NCBI GenBank assembly: GCA_043821985.1
Contig: JBDRCF010000012.1
Coordinates: 40,471 to 104,470, forward strand
DNA length: 64,000 nucleotides
Source of the DNA: Pseudomonadota bacterium
Lineage (GTDB): Bacteria; Pseudomonadota; Gammaproteobacteria; Burkholderiales; Thiobacillaceae
Direction: 5' to 3'
Shown here: piece after piece, positions 21,643-30,556 of the stretch
Layout of the letters: every line of letters starts with the position of its first letter
How positions within the stretch are numbered: position 1 is the stretch's first letter
The notes under the pieces: model-generated
Database searches by the model: none
Told to the model about the DNA's origin: nothing
Seen by the model: only the letters and a program-made list of their open reading frames with translations
Program-made: the position numbers and the translations under genes

Positions 21643-24600
21643 ATCTGTCGCGGCTCTTCATTGAGCGCCCGGTTGCCACGCTGATGCTGGTGCTGGCGAT
21701 GGCGCTGTTCGGCGCGATCGCCTACAAGCAGCTGCCGGTGAACGATCTGCCGCAGGTGGATTTTCCGACCCTGCGCATCAGTGCCTCCTTGCCCGGCGCC
21801 AACCCCGAGACCATGGCCAACACCGTGGCGACGCCGCTGGAACGGCAATTGGCGACCGTGGCGGGGATCGAATCGATGAGCTCGCAATCGGGCCAGGGCT
21901 CGACCAGCATCACGCTGCAGTTCGAACTCGGGCGCGACATCGATGCCGCCGCGCAGGACGTGCAGACCGCAATCGCGCAGGCGGCGCGCAACCTGCCGCA
22001 GGGCATGGACCCGCCTCAATTAAGGAAGATCAACCCGGCCGACTCGCCCATCATGTATCTGGCGTTGTCGGCCGAACGCCTGCCTTTGACCGAACTCGAC
22101 GCCATCGCCGATTCGCGCGTGGCGCAAAAGCTGTCCGGCTTGTCCGGCGTGGCGCAGGTGCTGGTGTTCGGTTCGCAGAAATATGCGCTGCGCCTCTACC
22201 TCGACCCCGCCAAGCTGCAGCAGCGCGGACTGACTTTTGCCGACGTGATCCAGGCGGTACAGAATGCCAATGCCAACCTGCCGTCCGGCACGCTGGACGG
22301 CGCCAGCCGGGCCTATACGGTGAAGGCGCCGGTGGCGCTGGCCAATGCAGCGGACTTCGGCGACATCATCGTCGCCTATCACGATGGCACCGCGCTGCGG
22401 GTGAAAGACCTCGGCCGGGCCGAGGATGGCGTCGAGGATGACAAGCGCAAGACCTGGTACAACGGCACCCGCGCCATCGTGCTGGCGGTACAGCGTCAGC
22501 CGGGCGCGAACACGGTCGCGGTCGCCGACCGCATTCGCGCGATGCTGCCGCAGATCGAGGCCGAACTGCCCGATGGCGTTCGCCTGCAGGTGCATTTCGA
22601 CCGTTCGCGCTTCGTCAAGGATTCGCTGCACGAGGTGAACTTCACGCTGCTGCTCGCATTGGGCCTGGTGATCCTCGTCATCTTTGCCTTCCTGCACAAT
22701 GTCCGTGCCACGCTGATCGCCGCATTGGTGCTGCCCAGTTCGCTGCTGGGCACCTTCGCCTTCATGCACCTGCTGGGCTACAGCCTCAACAACCTGAGCC
22801 TGATGGCGATCACGCTGGCGATCGGCTTCGTGGTCGACGACGCGGTCGTGGTCATCGAGAACATCGCGCGTCACCTGGAAATGGGCAAATCGCGCATGCA
22901 GGCCGCGCTCGACGGCGCGCAGGAGATCGGCTTCACCGTGCTGTCGATGACCATCTCGCTTGCTGCCGTCTTCCTGCCCATTCTCTTCATGGGCGGCATG
23001 ATCGGACGACTGTTTCAGGAATTCGCGGTGAGCATCGGCGTCGCCGTGCTGCTCTCCGGTGTGGTGGCGCTGACGCTCACACCGATGTTGTGCGCGCGCG
23101 GGCTGGTCAACGAGCCGCTCAACAATCGCCTGTCGCGCCTGTTCGATGCGGGTTTCAATCGCTTCCGCGATTTTTATGGCGACACCCTGCGCGCGTCGAT
23201 GCGCCACCGGGGTGGCATGCTGCTGTTCTCGGTGGTCGTGCTGGCCGCGATGCTGTGGCTGGCCGGCCACGTCAAGCAGGGATTCATTCCGCGCGTCGAC
23301 TCCGGGATGATTTTCGCCAGCGTGCAGTATCCGGAAGGCATTCCGTTCGACGAGCTGAGCAAGCGCCAGCAGACACTCGCCGCCCTCGTGCAGAAGCACC
23401 CGGCCGTCGAAGGCCTGATGTCGAGTGCCGGACAGGGCGGCGGCGGGGTGGCCGGCGGCAACATCGGGCGCCTGGTGATACGGCTGACGCCGCGCGGGAC
23501 GCGCAAGAGCGCCGACGAGGTGATCGACGAACTGCGCGCGATCACCCGCAAGGTCAGCGGCGTCAACGTCACCTTGCAGAACCCGGCATCGATCAATGTC
23601 GGCGCGCTGGCCTCCAGCAGCGACTACCAGCTGACGCTCATCTCGGGCGATTTCGAGGCGCTGAAGACAGCGTCGGCCGAGGTCGAGAAGCGGCTGGAAG
23701 CGCTGCCCCAGATCGAGGACGTCGACAGCAATCTCGAACTGCGCAATCCCGAATTACGCGTCACGCTCGATCCGCTGGAAGCCGCCCGGCTCGGCATCAC
23801 CTCCCAGCAGGCCCAGCAAACGCTGTACGACGCACTGGGCGGACGCCGCATCAGCGAGATCTACGGCACGAGCGACCAGTACGTGGTGAGCGTCAAGGCG
23901 CTGCCCGAAGCCCAGCTGGATCCGGCAGTCATCGGCCAGCTGCCCCTGAAAACGGCAGCGGGCGGGATCACGCGGCTGGATGCCGTGGCACGGGTCGATC
24001 CGGGCGTGGGTCCGATCGCGGTCTACCACTACGGTCAGCAGCCGGCCGTCACGCTGTCCTTCAATCTCGCGCCGGGCGCCTCGCTCGATGCCGCGCTGGC
24101 CGCGGCCTACGATGCCGCCAGCGAAGTCGTGCCGCCCGAGGTGGCGCTGGAATTCACCGGCGCGGCGCAGAAGTTCCAGGAATCGACGGTCCAACTGCCT
24201 TTGCTGCTGCTGTTCACCGTCGTGATCATCTACATGGTGCTGGCAGTACTGTACGAGCATCTCGGCCATCCGTTGACCATTCTCACCGCGCTGCCGCTGG
24301 CCGGGTTCGGTGCGCTGCTGGTGCTGCTGCTGGCCAACGAGGAACTCAATATCTTCAGCTTCGTCGGCATCATCCTGCTGGTGGGACTGGTGAAGAAGAA
24401 CGGCATCATGATGATCGACTTCGCCCTGGCCCGGCAGCGCGCGGGGATGAGCGCCGAGGATGCCATCGTCGAGGCCTGCCTGGTGCGTCTGCGGCCGATC
24501 ATGATGACCACCTTCGCCGCCATCTTCGCCACCCTGCCGATTGCCATCGGTTTCGGCACCGGCGGCGAGGCGCGCCGCCCGCTCGGTATCGCCGTGGTCG

Positions 24601-24710
24601 GCGGCCTGTTCTTCTCGCAGTTCCTGACGCTCTACATCACCCCCACCTTCTACGTCAGCATGGCGCGGATGGAAGCTGTCCTGCGGCGCTGGCGCGCCCG
24701 TTTCGCCTGA
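21639..24710 (+). CDS. RND efflux permease, MdtB/MdtC-like
   Basis: FIERPVAT, NNLSLMAITLAIGFVVDDAVVVIENI, VKKNGIMMIDFA, RLRPIMMTT. Confidence 0.95.
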   Translation: MNLSRLFIERPVATLMLVLAMALFGAIAYKQLPVNDLPQVDFPTLRISASLPGANPETMANTVATPLERQLATVAGIESMSSQSGQGSTSITLQFELGRDIDAAAQDVQTAIAQAARNLPQGMDPPQLRKINPADSPIMYLALSAERLPLTELDAIADSRVAQKLSGLSGVAQVLVFGSQKYALRLYLDPAKLQQRGLTFADVIQAVQNANANLPSGTLDGASRAYTVKAPVALANAADFGDIIVAYHDGTALRVKDLGRAEDGVEDDKRKTWYNGTRAIVLAVQRQPGANTVAVADRIRAMLPQIEAELPDGVRLQVHFDRSRFVKDSLHEVNFTLLLALGLVILVIFAFLHNVRATLIAALVLPSSLLGTFAFMHLLGYSLNNLSLMAITLAIGFVVDDAVVVIENIARHLEMGKSRMQAALDGAQEIGFTVLSMTISLAAVFLPILFMGGMIGRLFQEFAVSIGVAVLLSGVVALTLTPMLCARGLVNEPLNNRLSRLFDAGFNRFRDFYGDTLRASMRHRGGMLLFSVVVLAAMLWLAGHVKQGFIPRVDSGMIFASVQYPEGIPFDELSKRQQTLAALVQKHPAVEGLMSSAGQGGGGVAGGNIGRLVIRLTPRGTRKSADEVIDELRAITRKVSGVNVTLQNPASINVGALASSSDYQLTLISGDFEALKTASAEVEKRLEALPQIEDVDSNLELRNPELRVTLDPLEAARLGITSQQAQQTLYDALGGRRISEIYGTSDQYVVSVKALPEAQLDPAVIGQLPLKTAAGGITRLDAVARVDPGVGPIAVYHYGQQPAVTLSFNLAPGASLDAALAAAYDAASEVVPPEVALEFTGAAQKFQESTVQLPLLLLFTVVIIYMVLAVLYEHLGHPLTILTALPLAGFGALLVLLLANEELNIFSFVGIILLVGLVKKNGIMMIDFALARQRAGMSAEDAIVEACLVRLRPIMMTTFAAIFATLPIAIGFGTGGEARRPLGIAVVGGLFFSQFLTLYITPTFYVSMARMEAVLRRWRARFA

Positions 24711-24727
24711 GTAGCCCAGGCAGGTCG

Positions 24728-24793
24728 ATCGATATCATCAATCGTTGTCATCCAAGGTTTCCGTTGGATCGATATATTTGTTTTCTCTAACAT
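24728..24793 (+). promoter_or_regulatory. LysR-type operator/promoter of the rubrerythrin operon
   Basis: ATCG-N7-CAAT-N7-ATCC-N8-CGTTGGATcGATATAT-N5-TTCTCTAA, with spacing identical to 1190-1252. Confidence 0.6.
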
Positions 24794-24841
24794 TGCTCCT
24801 GTCTTGATTGACATCGTAAATCAACCGAACAGGAGCGAATC

Positions 24842-25315
24842 ATGCAGAACACGACGTCCCCGACCATCCAGAACCTCGAAGCGGCCTTTGCCGGCGAATC
24901 GATGGCCCACATCAAGTACATGTGGTTTGCGCGCCAGTGCCGCCAGGCCGGCGACGAGGCCACGGCAAAGGTGTTCGAAGACACCGCCGCGCAGGAAATG
25001 TTGCACGCCTTCGGCCATGCCGAACTGCTGTTTGCCGACGAAACGATAACGCCGGCCAAGTGCCTGAAGTATGCGATCGATGGCGAGACCCACGAGTACA
25101 CCGAGATGTACCCGAAATTCCGCCACGAGGCGATGATCGAGGGCAACACCGCAGCGGTGGCCGAGATGGACGAGCAGATCGCCGAATCGAAGGAACACGC
25201 CGAGAGGTTCAAGGCGGTGCTGGACAAAGCCGCCAAGCGCTTCGCCGCGCTGGCCAAGGTGGAAGAGAAGCACGCGAAGCACTACCAGGCGCAAAAAGAC
25301 GCAATTGCCGCCTGA
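24842..25315 (+). CDS. Short-chain rubrerythrin (no rubredoxin domain)
   Basis: NLEAAFAGESMAHIKY, QEMLHAFGH, GETHEYTEMYP, ESKEHA, VEEKHA. Confidence 0.93.
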   Translation: MQNTTSPTIQNLEAAFAGESMAHIKYMWFARQCRQAGDEATAKVFEDTAAQEMLHAFGHAELLFADETITPAKCLKYAIDGETHEYTEMYPKFRHEAMIEGNTAAVAEMDEQIAESKEHAERFKAVLDKAAKRFAALAKVEEKHAKHYQAQKDAIAA

Positions 25316-25357
25316 ACGAATTGTTGAAGACGACTTGATCGATTGAAAGGAAATATC

Positions 25358-25531
25358 ATGAAAGCTTGGCAATGTATCGTTTGCGGTTACATCTATGACG
25401 AATCCAACGGCGACCCGGAGCATGGCATCGCCCCCGGCACCCGCTGGGAGGACGTGCCGGACGGCTGGGAATGCCCCGACTGCGGCGTGGCCAAGGCGGA
25501 TTTCGAGATGGTTGAAATCACGGCCGTCTGA
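25358..25531 (+). CDS. Rubredoxin
   Basis: [11 protein letters not shown]...GT.WEDVP..W.CPDCGV. Confidence 0.97.
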   Translation: MKAWQCIVCGYIYDESNGDPEHGIAPGTRWEDVPDGWECPDCGVAKADFEMVEITAV

Positions 25532-25591
25532 GCGCCATTGAACGTATACGAGGCCGCGCCGATGCGGCCTCCATTCTCCAGGAGTTTTCTT

Positions 25592-26728
25592 ATGCATCCC
25601 ATCGTCATCGTCGGCTCGGGTCTTGCCGGCTACACCTTGCTGAAGGAAATCCGCAAGCGCGACACGAGCACGCCTGTCACACTCGTCACGGCGGATGACG
25701 GCGCCTTCTATTCCAAGCCCAATCTGTCGAACGCCCTGGCGGCGGGCAGGTCTGCGGCGGCGCTGGCGGGTGCCAGTGCGGAGAAAATGGCGGCTGACCT
25801 GGAGGCAACGGTGCTCGCGCATACCCGCGTGACCGCGATCGATACGCAGAACCAACGCGTGCAAACCGGCAGTGGCGCGTTCGACTACGGCAAGCTGGTG
25901 CTCGCGCTGGGGGCCGACCCGATTCCGCACGGCCTCTCCGGCAACGGCGCGGCCGCGGTGCTGGCGGTGAATGATCTGGCCGATTACGCGGTCTTTCGCG
26001 ATGCCCTCGACGGCAAAAAGCGCGTCACGGTGCTCGGCGGCGGCCTGATCGGCTGCGAGTTCGCCAACGATCTGGTGCACGCCGGCTTCACGGTCGACGT
26101 GGTCCACCTGGGCGCGTGGCCGCTGGAGCGGTTGTTGCCGGTCGAGGCCGGCCAGCGTCTGGCCGATAGCCTTGCCGCGCTGGGCGTGACGTGGCATTTC
26201 GGACGAACGGGAAGAAGCGTGGAGCCGGCCGCTGCAGGGTATCGGGTGGCGCTGGACAACGGCGACACTCTCGCTGCGGATGTTGTGCTTTCCGCGATCG
26301 GCCTGCGACCGCGTACCCAACTGGCGCAGGTGGCGGGCATTCCGGTCGGGCGCGGGATCCAGACTAGCCGCCTGCTGGAAACGGGTGCGCCGAATGTGTA
26401 TGCGCTGGGCGACTGTGCCGAGGTGGAAGGCCAGAACCTGCCCTATGTGCAGCCGCTGATGGTCCAGGCGCGCGCGCTGGCCGCCACGCTCACCGGCACG
26501 CCGACGCCGGTGGTGTATCCGGCCATGCCGGTGATGGTGAAAACGCCGGCGCATCCGGTGGCCGTGCTGCCGCCCAAACTCAGCGCGGCAGGGGGCTGGA
26601 AAGTGGAGTGCGGCGATACCGGCATCTGCGCACTGCATGTCGACGACCGCGGTCGCCTGCAGGGCTTCGCGCTCACCGGCAGCGAAACCGGTCGCCGCAA
26701 TACGCTGGTGAAGGAACTGGCTGCCTGA
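25592..26728 (+). CDS. Rubredoxin-NAD(+) reductase / FAD-dependent oxidoreductase
   Basis: IVIVGSGLAG, YSKPNLS, GGGLIGCEFANDL, ALGDCAE, YPAMPVMVKTP. Confidence 0.92.
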   Translation: MHPIVIVGSGLAGYTLLKEIRKRDTSTPVTLVTADDGAFYSKPNLSNALAAGRSAAALAGASAEKMAADLEATVLAHTRVTAIDTQNQRVQTGSGAFDYGKLVLALGADPIPHGLSGNGAAAVLAVNDLADYAVFRDALDGKKRVTVLGGGLIGCEFANDLVHAGFTVDVVHLGAWPLERLLPVEAGQRLADSLAALGVTWHFGRTGRSVEPAAAGYRVALDNGDTLAADVVLSAIGLRPRTQLAQVAGIPVGRGIQTSRLLETGAPNVYALGDCAEVEGQNLPYVQPLMVQARALAATLTGTPTPVVYPAMPVMVKTPAHPVAVLPPKLSAAGGWKVECGDTGICALHVDDRGRLQGFALTGSETGRRNTLVKELAA

Positions 26729-26742
26729 GTCTGGCGCGGACG

Positions 26743-27156
26743 CTACGCGTCGTCATGAGCAAGCGGCGGTTGCAACGCGTCGATCAAAGGGCAGCGCACT
26801 TTGCCCCGCCTGCTGGCGCAGCGGCCGACGAGTTGCGTCAATACGCCCTCGATGCGTTGCAGGTCGGCCAGACGCGTGCGCACATCGGCGAGCTTGCGCT
26901 CGGCGATGGCGCGGGCATCCGGACACTGGGTGCCGTCATCCAGTTGCAATAGCTGCGCGACCTCGTCCAGCGTAAATCCGATGCGCTGCGCCGCCTTGAT
27001 GAACAGGACGCGCGCCACATCCGCATCGCCGTAGCGACGGATGCCGCCCAGCGGCTTGTCCGGTTCCGCCAGCAGGCCACGACGCTGATAGAAGCGGATC
27101 GTCTCGACGTTGACGCCGGCTTCCTGTGCCAGCTTTGAAATGGTACGCGCCTGCAT
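26743..27156 (-). CDS. merR: Hg(II)-responsive regulator MerR
   Basis: [19 protein letters not shown]; three MerR cysteines (DGTQC, GRC, RCPLI). Confidence 0.92.
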   Translation of the reverse strand: MQARTISKLAQEAGVNVETIRFYQRRGLLAEPDKPLGGIRRYGDADVARVLFIKAAQRIGFTLDEVAQLLQLDDGTQCPDARAIAERKLADVRTRLADLQRIEGVLTQLVGRCASRRGKVRCPLIDALQPPLAHDDA

Positions 27157-27157
27157 C

Positions 27158-27189
27158 TTGACTCCGTACATGGGTACGGAACTTATGCT
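27158..27189 (+). promoter_or_regulatory. mer operator/promoter
   Basis: TTGACT-CCGTAC-atgg-GTACGG-aac-TTATGCT, nearly the Tn21/Tn501 merOP with its long spacer. Confidence 0.9.
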
Positions 27190-27218
27190 ACGTCCATCGA
27201 AGCAAACAGGAAAGATCG

Positions 27219-27449
27219 ATGGACACGAAGAAGCCCATCCTGGAGTCCACCCTGACCTGCCCCCTCTGTGGCCACGTCAAGACCGAAACCATGCCCACCG
27301 ACGCCTGCCAGTGGTATTACGAGTGCGAGGCGTGTCACACCGTACTGATGCCGCTGCCGGGGGACTGCTGCGTGTTCTGTTCGTACGGCACGGTGCCCTG
27401 TCCGCCCATCCAGGCGCACGGCAAGCAGGGCGGATGTTGTCAGGGCTGA
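27219..27449 (+). CDS. GDCCVxC domain-containing Cys-rich protein
   Basis: [22 protein letters not shown]...[19 protein letters not shown], plus a C-terminal CC. Confidence 0.92.
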   Translation: MDTKKPILESTLTCPLCGHVKTETMPTDACQWYYECEACHTVLMPLPGDCCVFCSYGTVPCPPIQAHGKQGGCCQG

Positions 27450-27466
27450 GGTTGCCAGCCGGGTCT

Positions 27467-27913
27467 TCAGCAGCGCGGGCAGGACTCAACCGGTAGCCGG
27501 CGTGCAATCCAGCCTGGCCCGGCGCTGCTCCCCAGCATGCCTTCCTTGATGGTGTAGACGTGGGTGAAGCCGGACTCGCGCAGCACGTTCTGGGCATTGG
27601 TCGAGCGGTTGCCGGCGAGGCCGATCAGGGCGACCGGCTGGTGCTTGTCGCCGCCCAGTGCCGCTTCCACCTGCTGGATGAAGCCTGCCTCGCCCTGGGC
27701 GTTCGCCATGTTGATGCGCAGCGCGCCCTGGGGTACGCCCGTTTTCCGCCATTCGTCGGCGGTGCGCACATCGATCAGCGTGAGTTTGCCTGCCTGGACC
27801 TGCGCATAGGCATCGGGCGCGCTCAGGGTCGGCCCCGGGTCGTTGGAGCAGGCGGGGATCGACAGCAGCATGAACGCGGCAAGCGCCGCACCCGACAGAC
27901 GAGACACCGGCAT
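27467..27913 (-). CDS. Exported rhodanese-like protein (catalytic Cys replaced by Gly; C-terminal CPRC)
   Basis: LIDVRTADEW..TG.P.GA; VALIGLAGNRS at the active-site loop; lipoprotein-like signal (IPAC). Confidence 0.85.
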   Translation of the reverse strand: MPVSRLSGAALAAFMLLSIPACSNDPGPTLSAPDAYAQVQAGKLTLIDVRTADEWRKTGVPQGALRINMANAQGEAGFIQQVEAALGGDKHQPVALIGLAGNRSTNAQNVLRESGFTHVYTIKEGMLGSSAGPGWIARRLPVESCPRC

Positions 27914-28017
27914 GATTGCTCCGCGGCTGGAGTGGACTGGCGCATAGTGTATCCGGGGAGAACAGTGTCCGATAGCGGCCGCGTAGCCAGCGCCGCCGAC
28001 ATGCGCGAAAATGCCGC

Positions 28018-28371
28018 ATGGACATCTTCCGCATCTTCCATCTGCAATGCGCGCGCCGTCTGCCCGCCGTGCCGGAATCCCATCCCTGCGCGCGCCTGCA
28101 CGGCCATTCGTTCAAGGTCGAATTGACACTGAGCGGCGACATCGATCCCGTGCTTGGCTGGGTGCTCGATTTCGCCGACATCGAGGCAGCCTGGCAGCCT
28201 ATCCACCAGGCGCTCGATCACCGCACCCTCAACGACATCGGCGGACTGGACAATCCCACCAGCGAGAATCTGGCCGTGTGGTTGTGGCGGCAACTCAAGC
28301 CGGCGCTCCCCGGCTTGAGCGCCGTCACGGTGATGGAAACTCACGACGCGGGTTGTATCTACCGCGGCTGA
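28018..28371 (+). CDS. queD: 6-carboxytetrahydropterin synthase QueD
   Basis: HPCARLHGHSF, GWVLDFAD, LDHRTLNDI.GLDNPTSENLA. Confidence 0.93.
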   Translation: MDIFRIFHLQCARRLPAVPESHPCARLHGHSFKVELTLSGDIDPVLGWVLDFADIEAAWQPIHQALDHRTLNDIGGLDNPTSENLAVWLWRQLKPALPGLSAVTVMETHDAGCIYRG

Positions 28372-28478
28372 CGGCTGCGCAACGCAGACCCGGCGCAACA
28401 CAAACCGGCCCCCTGACAATGACATCAGGAGGCCGGCGTGGTTGTCGAGGATAGGCCGCTTGAAGCGGCTCCTGGAGA

Positions 28479-28649
28479 TTAAAGACCCATGCTGGAAAAA
28501 TCCAGATCGGCATGCGGCGTATCGGCCACGTTTTCGTCGATCATCAGCCAGGTTTCTTCATCGACGATGTCTTCGGCAGGATGGTGGGCGAAGGCCGAAA
28601 ACGAGGCGAGCAGGGAGGTGAGTACTGCAGCTTGAAGCATGCTTTTCAT
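28479..28649 (-). CDS. Secreted acidic 56-aa peptide (mature N-terminus HHPAED)
   Basis: Hand-translated MKSMLQAAVLTSLLASFSAFA|HHPAEDIVDEETWLMIDENVADTPHADLDFSSMGL*; AAGGA RBS; not in the ORF track. Confidence 0.75.
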   Translation of the reverse strand: MKSMLQAAVLTSLLASFSAFAHHPAEDIVDEETWLMIDENVADTPHADLDFSSMGL

Positions 28650-28816
28650 AACCTGATTCCTTTAAAGAATTGAAAGTGAAACGTCACTCGGCCTGCTGCG
28701 GTCGCGTATCGAGGCGCTCGCATCGGCCGATGGAAAGCATCTTAGACAGCGGGGGTGTCGGGCGTGTGTCCTGCCGGCTTCAGTGTGTGGCAGTGTGTGT
28801 CAGTGAGCTCCGGGAT

Positions 28817-28846
28817 AAAAAAAGGCACACGAACCGTGTGCCCTTT
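28817..28846 (-). terminator. Intrinsic terminator after the His/Gly-rich protein gene
   Basis: GGCACACG-aac-CGTGTGCC stem preceded by A7 on the + strand. Confidence 0.75.
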
Positions 28847-28866
28847 GTCCTGCAACGAATCAACGA

Positions 28867-29199
28867 TCAATGCGTGTGCTCGGTGCCGCTGCTCTCATGG
28901 CCGGCTTCGGCGCTGGCCTCGTCGTGGCCGCCGGACTGGCCGTGGAAAATCTTGCTTTCCGTCGACTTGCTGCCGCCTCCCGAACTGTCATGGTGCGAAC
29001 TGCCGCCCTTGTGGGCACTGCTGCTGTGGCTGCCCCCCTTGTTGCCGCCGCCCATGTACTTCGGGCCCTTCTTGCCGTCCGAATGACCGCTATCGGAATG
29101 GCCGTCGGTGTGGCTGTCGGCTGCATACGTCACTACGCTGCCCGTTGCCAGGCCTGCAGCCAGCAACACAACCGTTGCCCATTTGCTGTAAGCATTCAT
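28867..29199 (-). CDS. Secreted His/Gly/Ser-rich low-complexity protein
   Basis: Sec signal (…VVTYA|ADSH), His-rich mature region, AGGAG RBS. Confidence 0.85.
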   Translation of the reverse strand: MNAYSKWATVVLLAAGLATGSVVTYAADSHTDGHSDSGHSDGKKGPKYMGGGNKGGSHSSSAHKGGSSHHDSSGGGSKSTESKIFHGQSGGHDEASAEAGHESSGTEHTH

Positions 29200-29255
29200 G
29201 CTGAAAACTCCTGTTGCGTGTAATGCACCGGGCGGCGAACCGCCCGGTCATGCGG

Positions 29256-30398
29256 TCAACGAACTTCGTTGTCGTGAACGAATTCGATCACAGCCCGATA
29301 GTCGTCCGCAGCGGTTGCGAAGTCGTCCGCGCCGCCCGTTGGCGTCGGGTCAACCCAGTTGGTGTCGTTGAATACTGCGTCGTACAGGTTCACCACGGTC
29401 GGCTTGTAGGAACCGTCCGGCTGCAGAACCAGCACGTTTGCGGTCGCATTCTTCCAGGTCGTGTAACGATCGTAGTTGGTGGTGGAGAAGTCATGGTACG
29501 TGGTGCCGCTGTTGATCCCCAGGATGGAGTTCATGTAGACCACGGTGTCCACGCTGATGCTGCCGTACTTGTCGGAAGCGGCCGCCAGCAGGGATGCGGG
29601 ATTGAACCCGGCTGGCAGCGTCACGCCCGGCAGCGAACCGGTGGTCATGTACTTGTCGAACAGCGCCAGGTTTTCCAGCGGCGAGTCGATGGTCACGCCA
29701 TTCACCGCCAGGCGGCCCGTCGAGTCCAGCGTCACGGTGCCTGCGGTCAGCTTGGACAGCGCTTCGGTCAGCGAATGATCCAGCACTTTGCTCGGGGCGC
29801 GGCCCACGCTCAGGCGGCCCAGCTCGACTTCGGCCGAATAGACCGGCACACCGTTGATCTCGGTCGCCAGTTCGCCTTCCGCGGTGTAGGGAATCACCAC
29901 CGGGTTGCCGGACGCATCCTTCAGCGGAACCAGGTTGCCGGACGCATCGTAGGCATAGGCGATGACCTGCACCAGGCCAGCGGAGGTCAGGATGGGCGCA
30001 CCATTGGCGTCGCGCAGCAGGACGACCATGTCGCCATACAGGTCCCCTTTCTTGCTGCCTGCACCGGCCGGCTTGCCGCCGCCGCCGGACTTGCCGCCCT
30101 TCACGCCCGCCCACACCGGACGGTCGCTGTCTTCTTCAGCGGCAGGAATGCGGAAAATCTTGTTGCTGCTCGACGCGCCGCCCTTGCCCTGACCGCCCTT
30201 GGTGGCCGAGCCTTTTTTGGCACCGCCCTTGTTGGCGCTGCCTTTTTTGGTGCCGCCGTCTTCCGCTGCATGAGCGGCCGAAATCACGCCCAGATCCAGA
30301 CTTGTCACCGAGTTGACGGCCAGCGGAATGGCCAGCATGGCAAACATCGTGCCGCCTGCGAGAATCAGTTTTTTGAAATTGTATGTAGGGTATGTCAT
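29256..30398 (-). CDS. Secreted hypothetical protein (380 aa) with Lys/Gly-rich N-terminal region
   Basis: GGAGAG RBS before ATG 30398; signal ending AAHA|A; KKG/KGG repeats, then a globular acidic domain (KGDLYGD, GRLSVGRAP, DSPLENLAL, ADDYRAVIEFVH). Confidence 0.88.
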   Translation of the reverse strand: MTYPTYNFKKLILAGGTMFAMLAIPLAVNSVTSLDLGVISAAHAAEDGGTKKGSANKGGAKKGSATKGGQGKGGASSSNKIFRIPAAEEDSDRPVWAGVKGGKSGGGGKPAGAGSKKGDLYGDMVVLLRDANGAPILTSAGLVQVIAYAYDASGNLVPLKDASGNPVVIPYTAEGELATEINGVPVYSAEVELGRLSVGRAPSKVLDHSLTEALSKLTAGTVTLDSTGRLAVNGVTIDSPLENLALFDKYMTTGSLPGVTLPAGFNPASLLAAASDKYGSISVDTVVYMNSILGINSGTTYHDFSTTNYDRYTTWKNATANVLVLQPDGSYKPTVVNLYDAVFNDTNWVDPTPTGGADDFATAADDYRAVIEFVHDNEVR

Positions 30399-30507
30399 GT
30401 ATCTCTCCATGTATTTGATGACTTCGACCTTTTGCGTCCGATCTTGCGGCCGGACCAAAATTACATTCACTACAATTGAAGACTAGCAGGTCCCTTTAAA
30501 ACGGCCA

Positions 30508-30521
30508 TTGATTTTTCGCAA
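30508..30521. promoter_or_regulatory. Crp/Fnr-type box embedded in a terminator-like hairpin
   Basis: TTGAT-TTTT-CGCAA, centred -41.5 relative to a TAGTCT -10 (30485-30480, minus strand); flanked by stem CGGCCATTG/CAATGGCCG. Confidence 0.7.
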
Positions 30522-30556
30522 TGGCCGCTCATTAAATTTGCCTCGGATTCAGTAAC

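Noticed and set aside
27219-27449. Selenocysteine recoding in the GDCCVxC gene
   Set aside because: All motif positions are Cys codons; the only TGA is the terminal stop, followed closely by a convergent gene.
28780-28805. GTGTGT short repeats upstream of the HH-peptide gene
   Set aside because: Too short and low-complexity to distinguish from chance.
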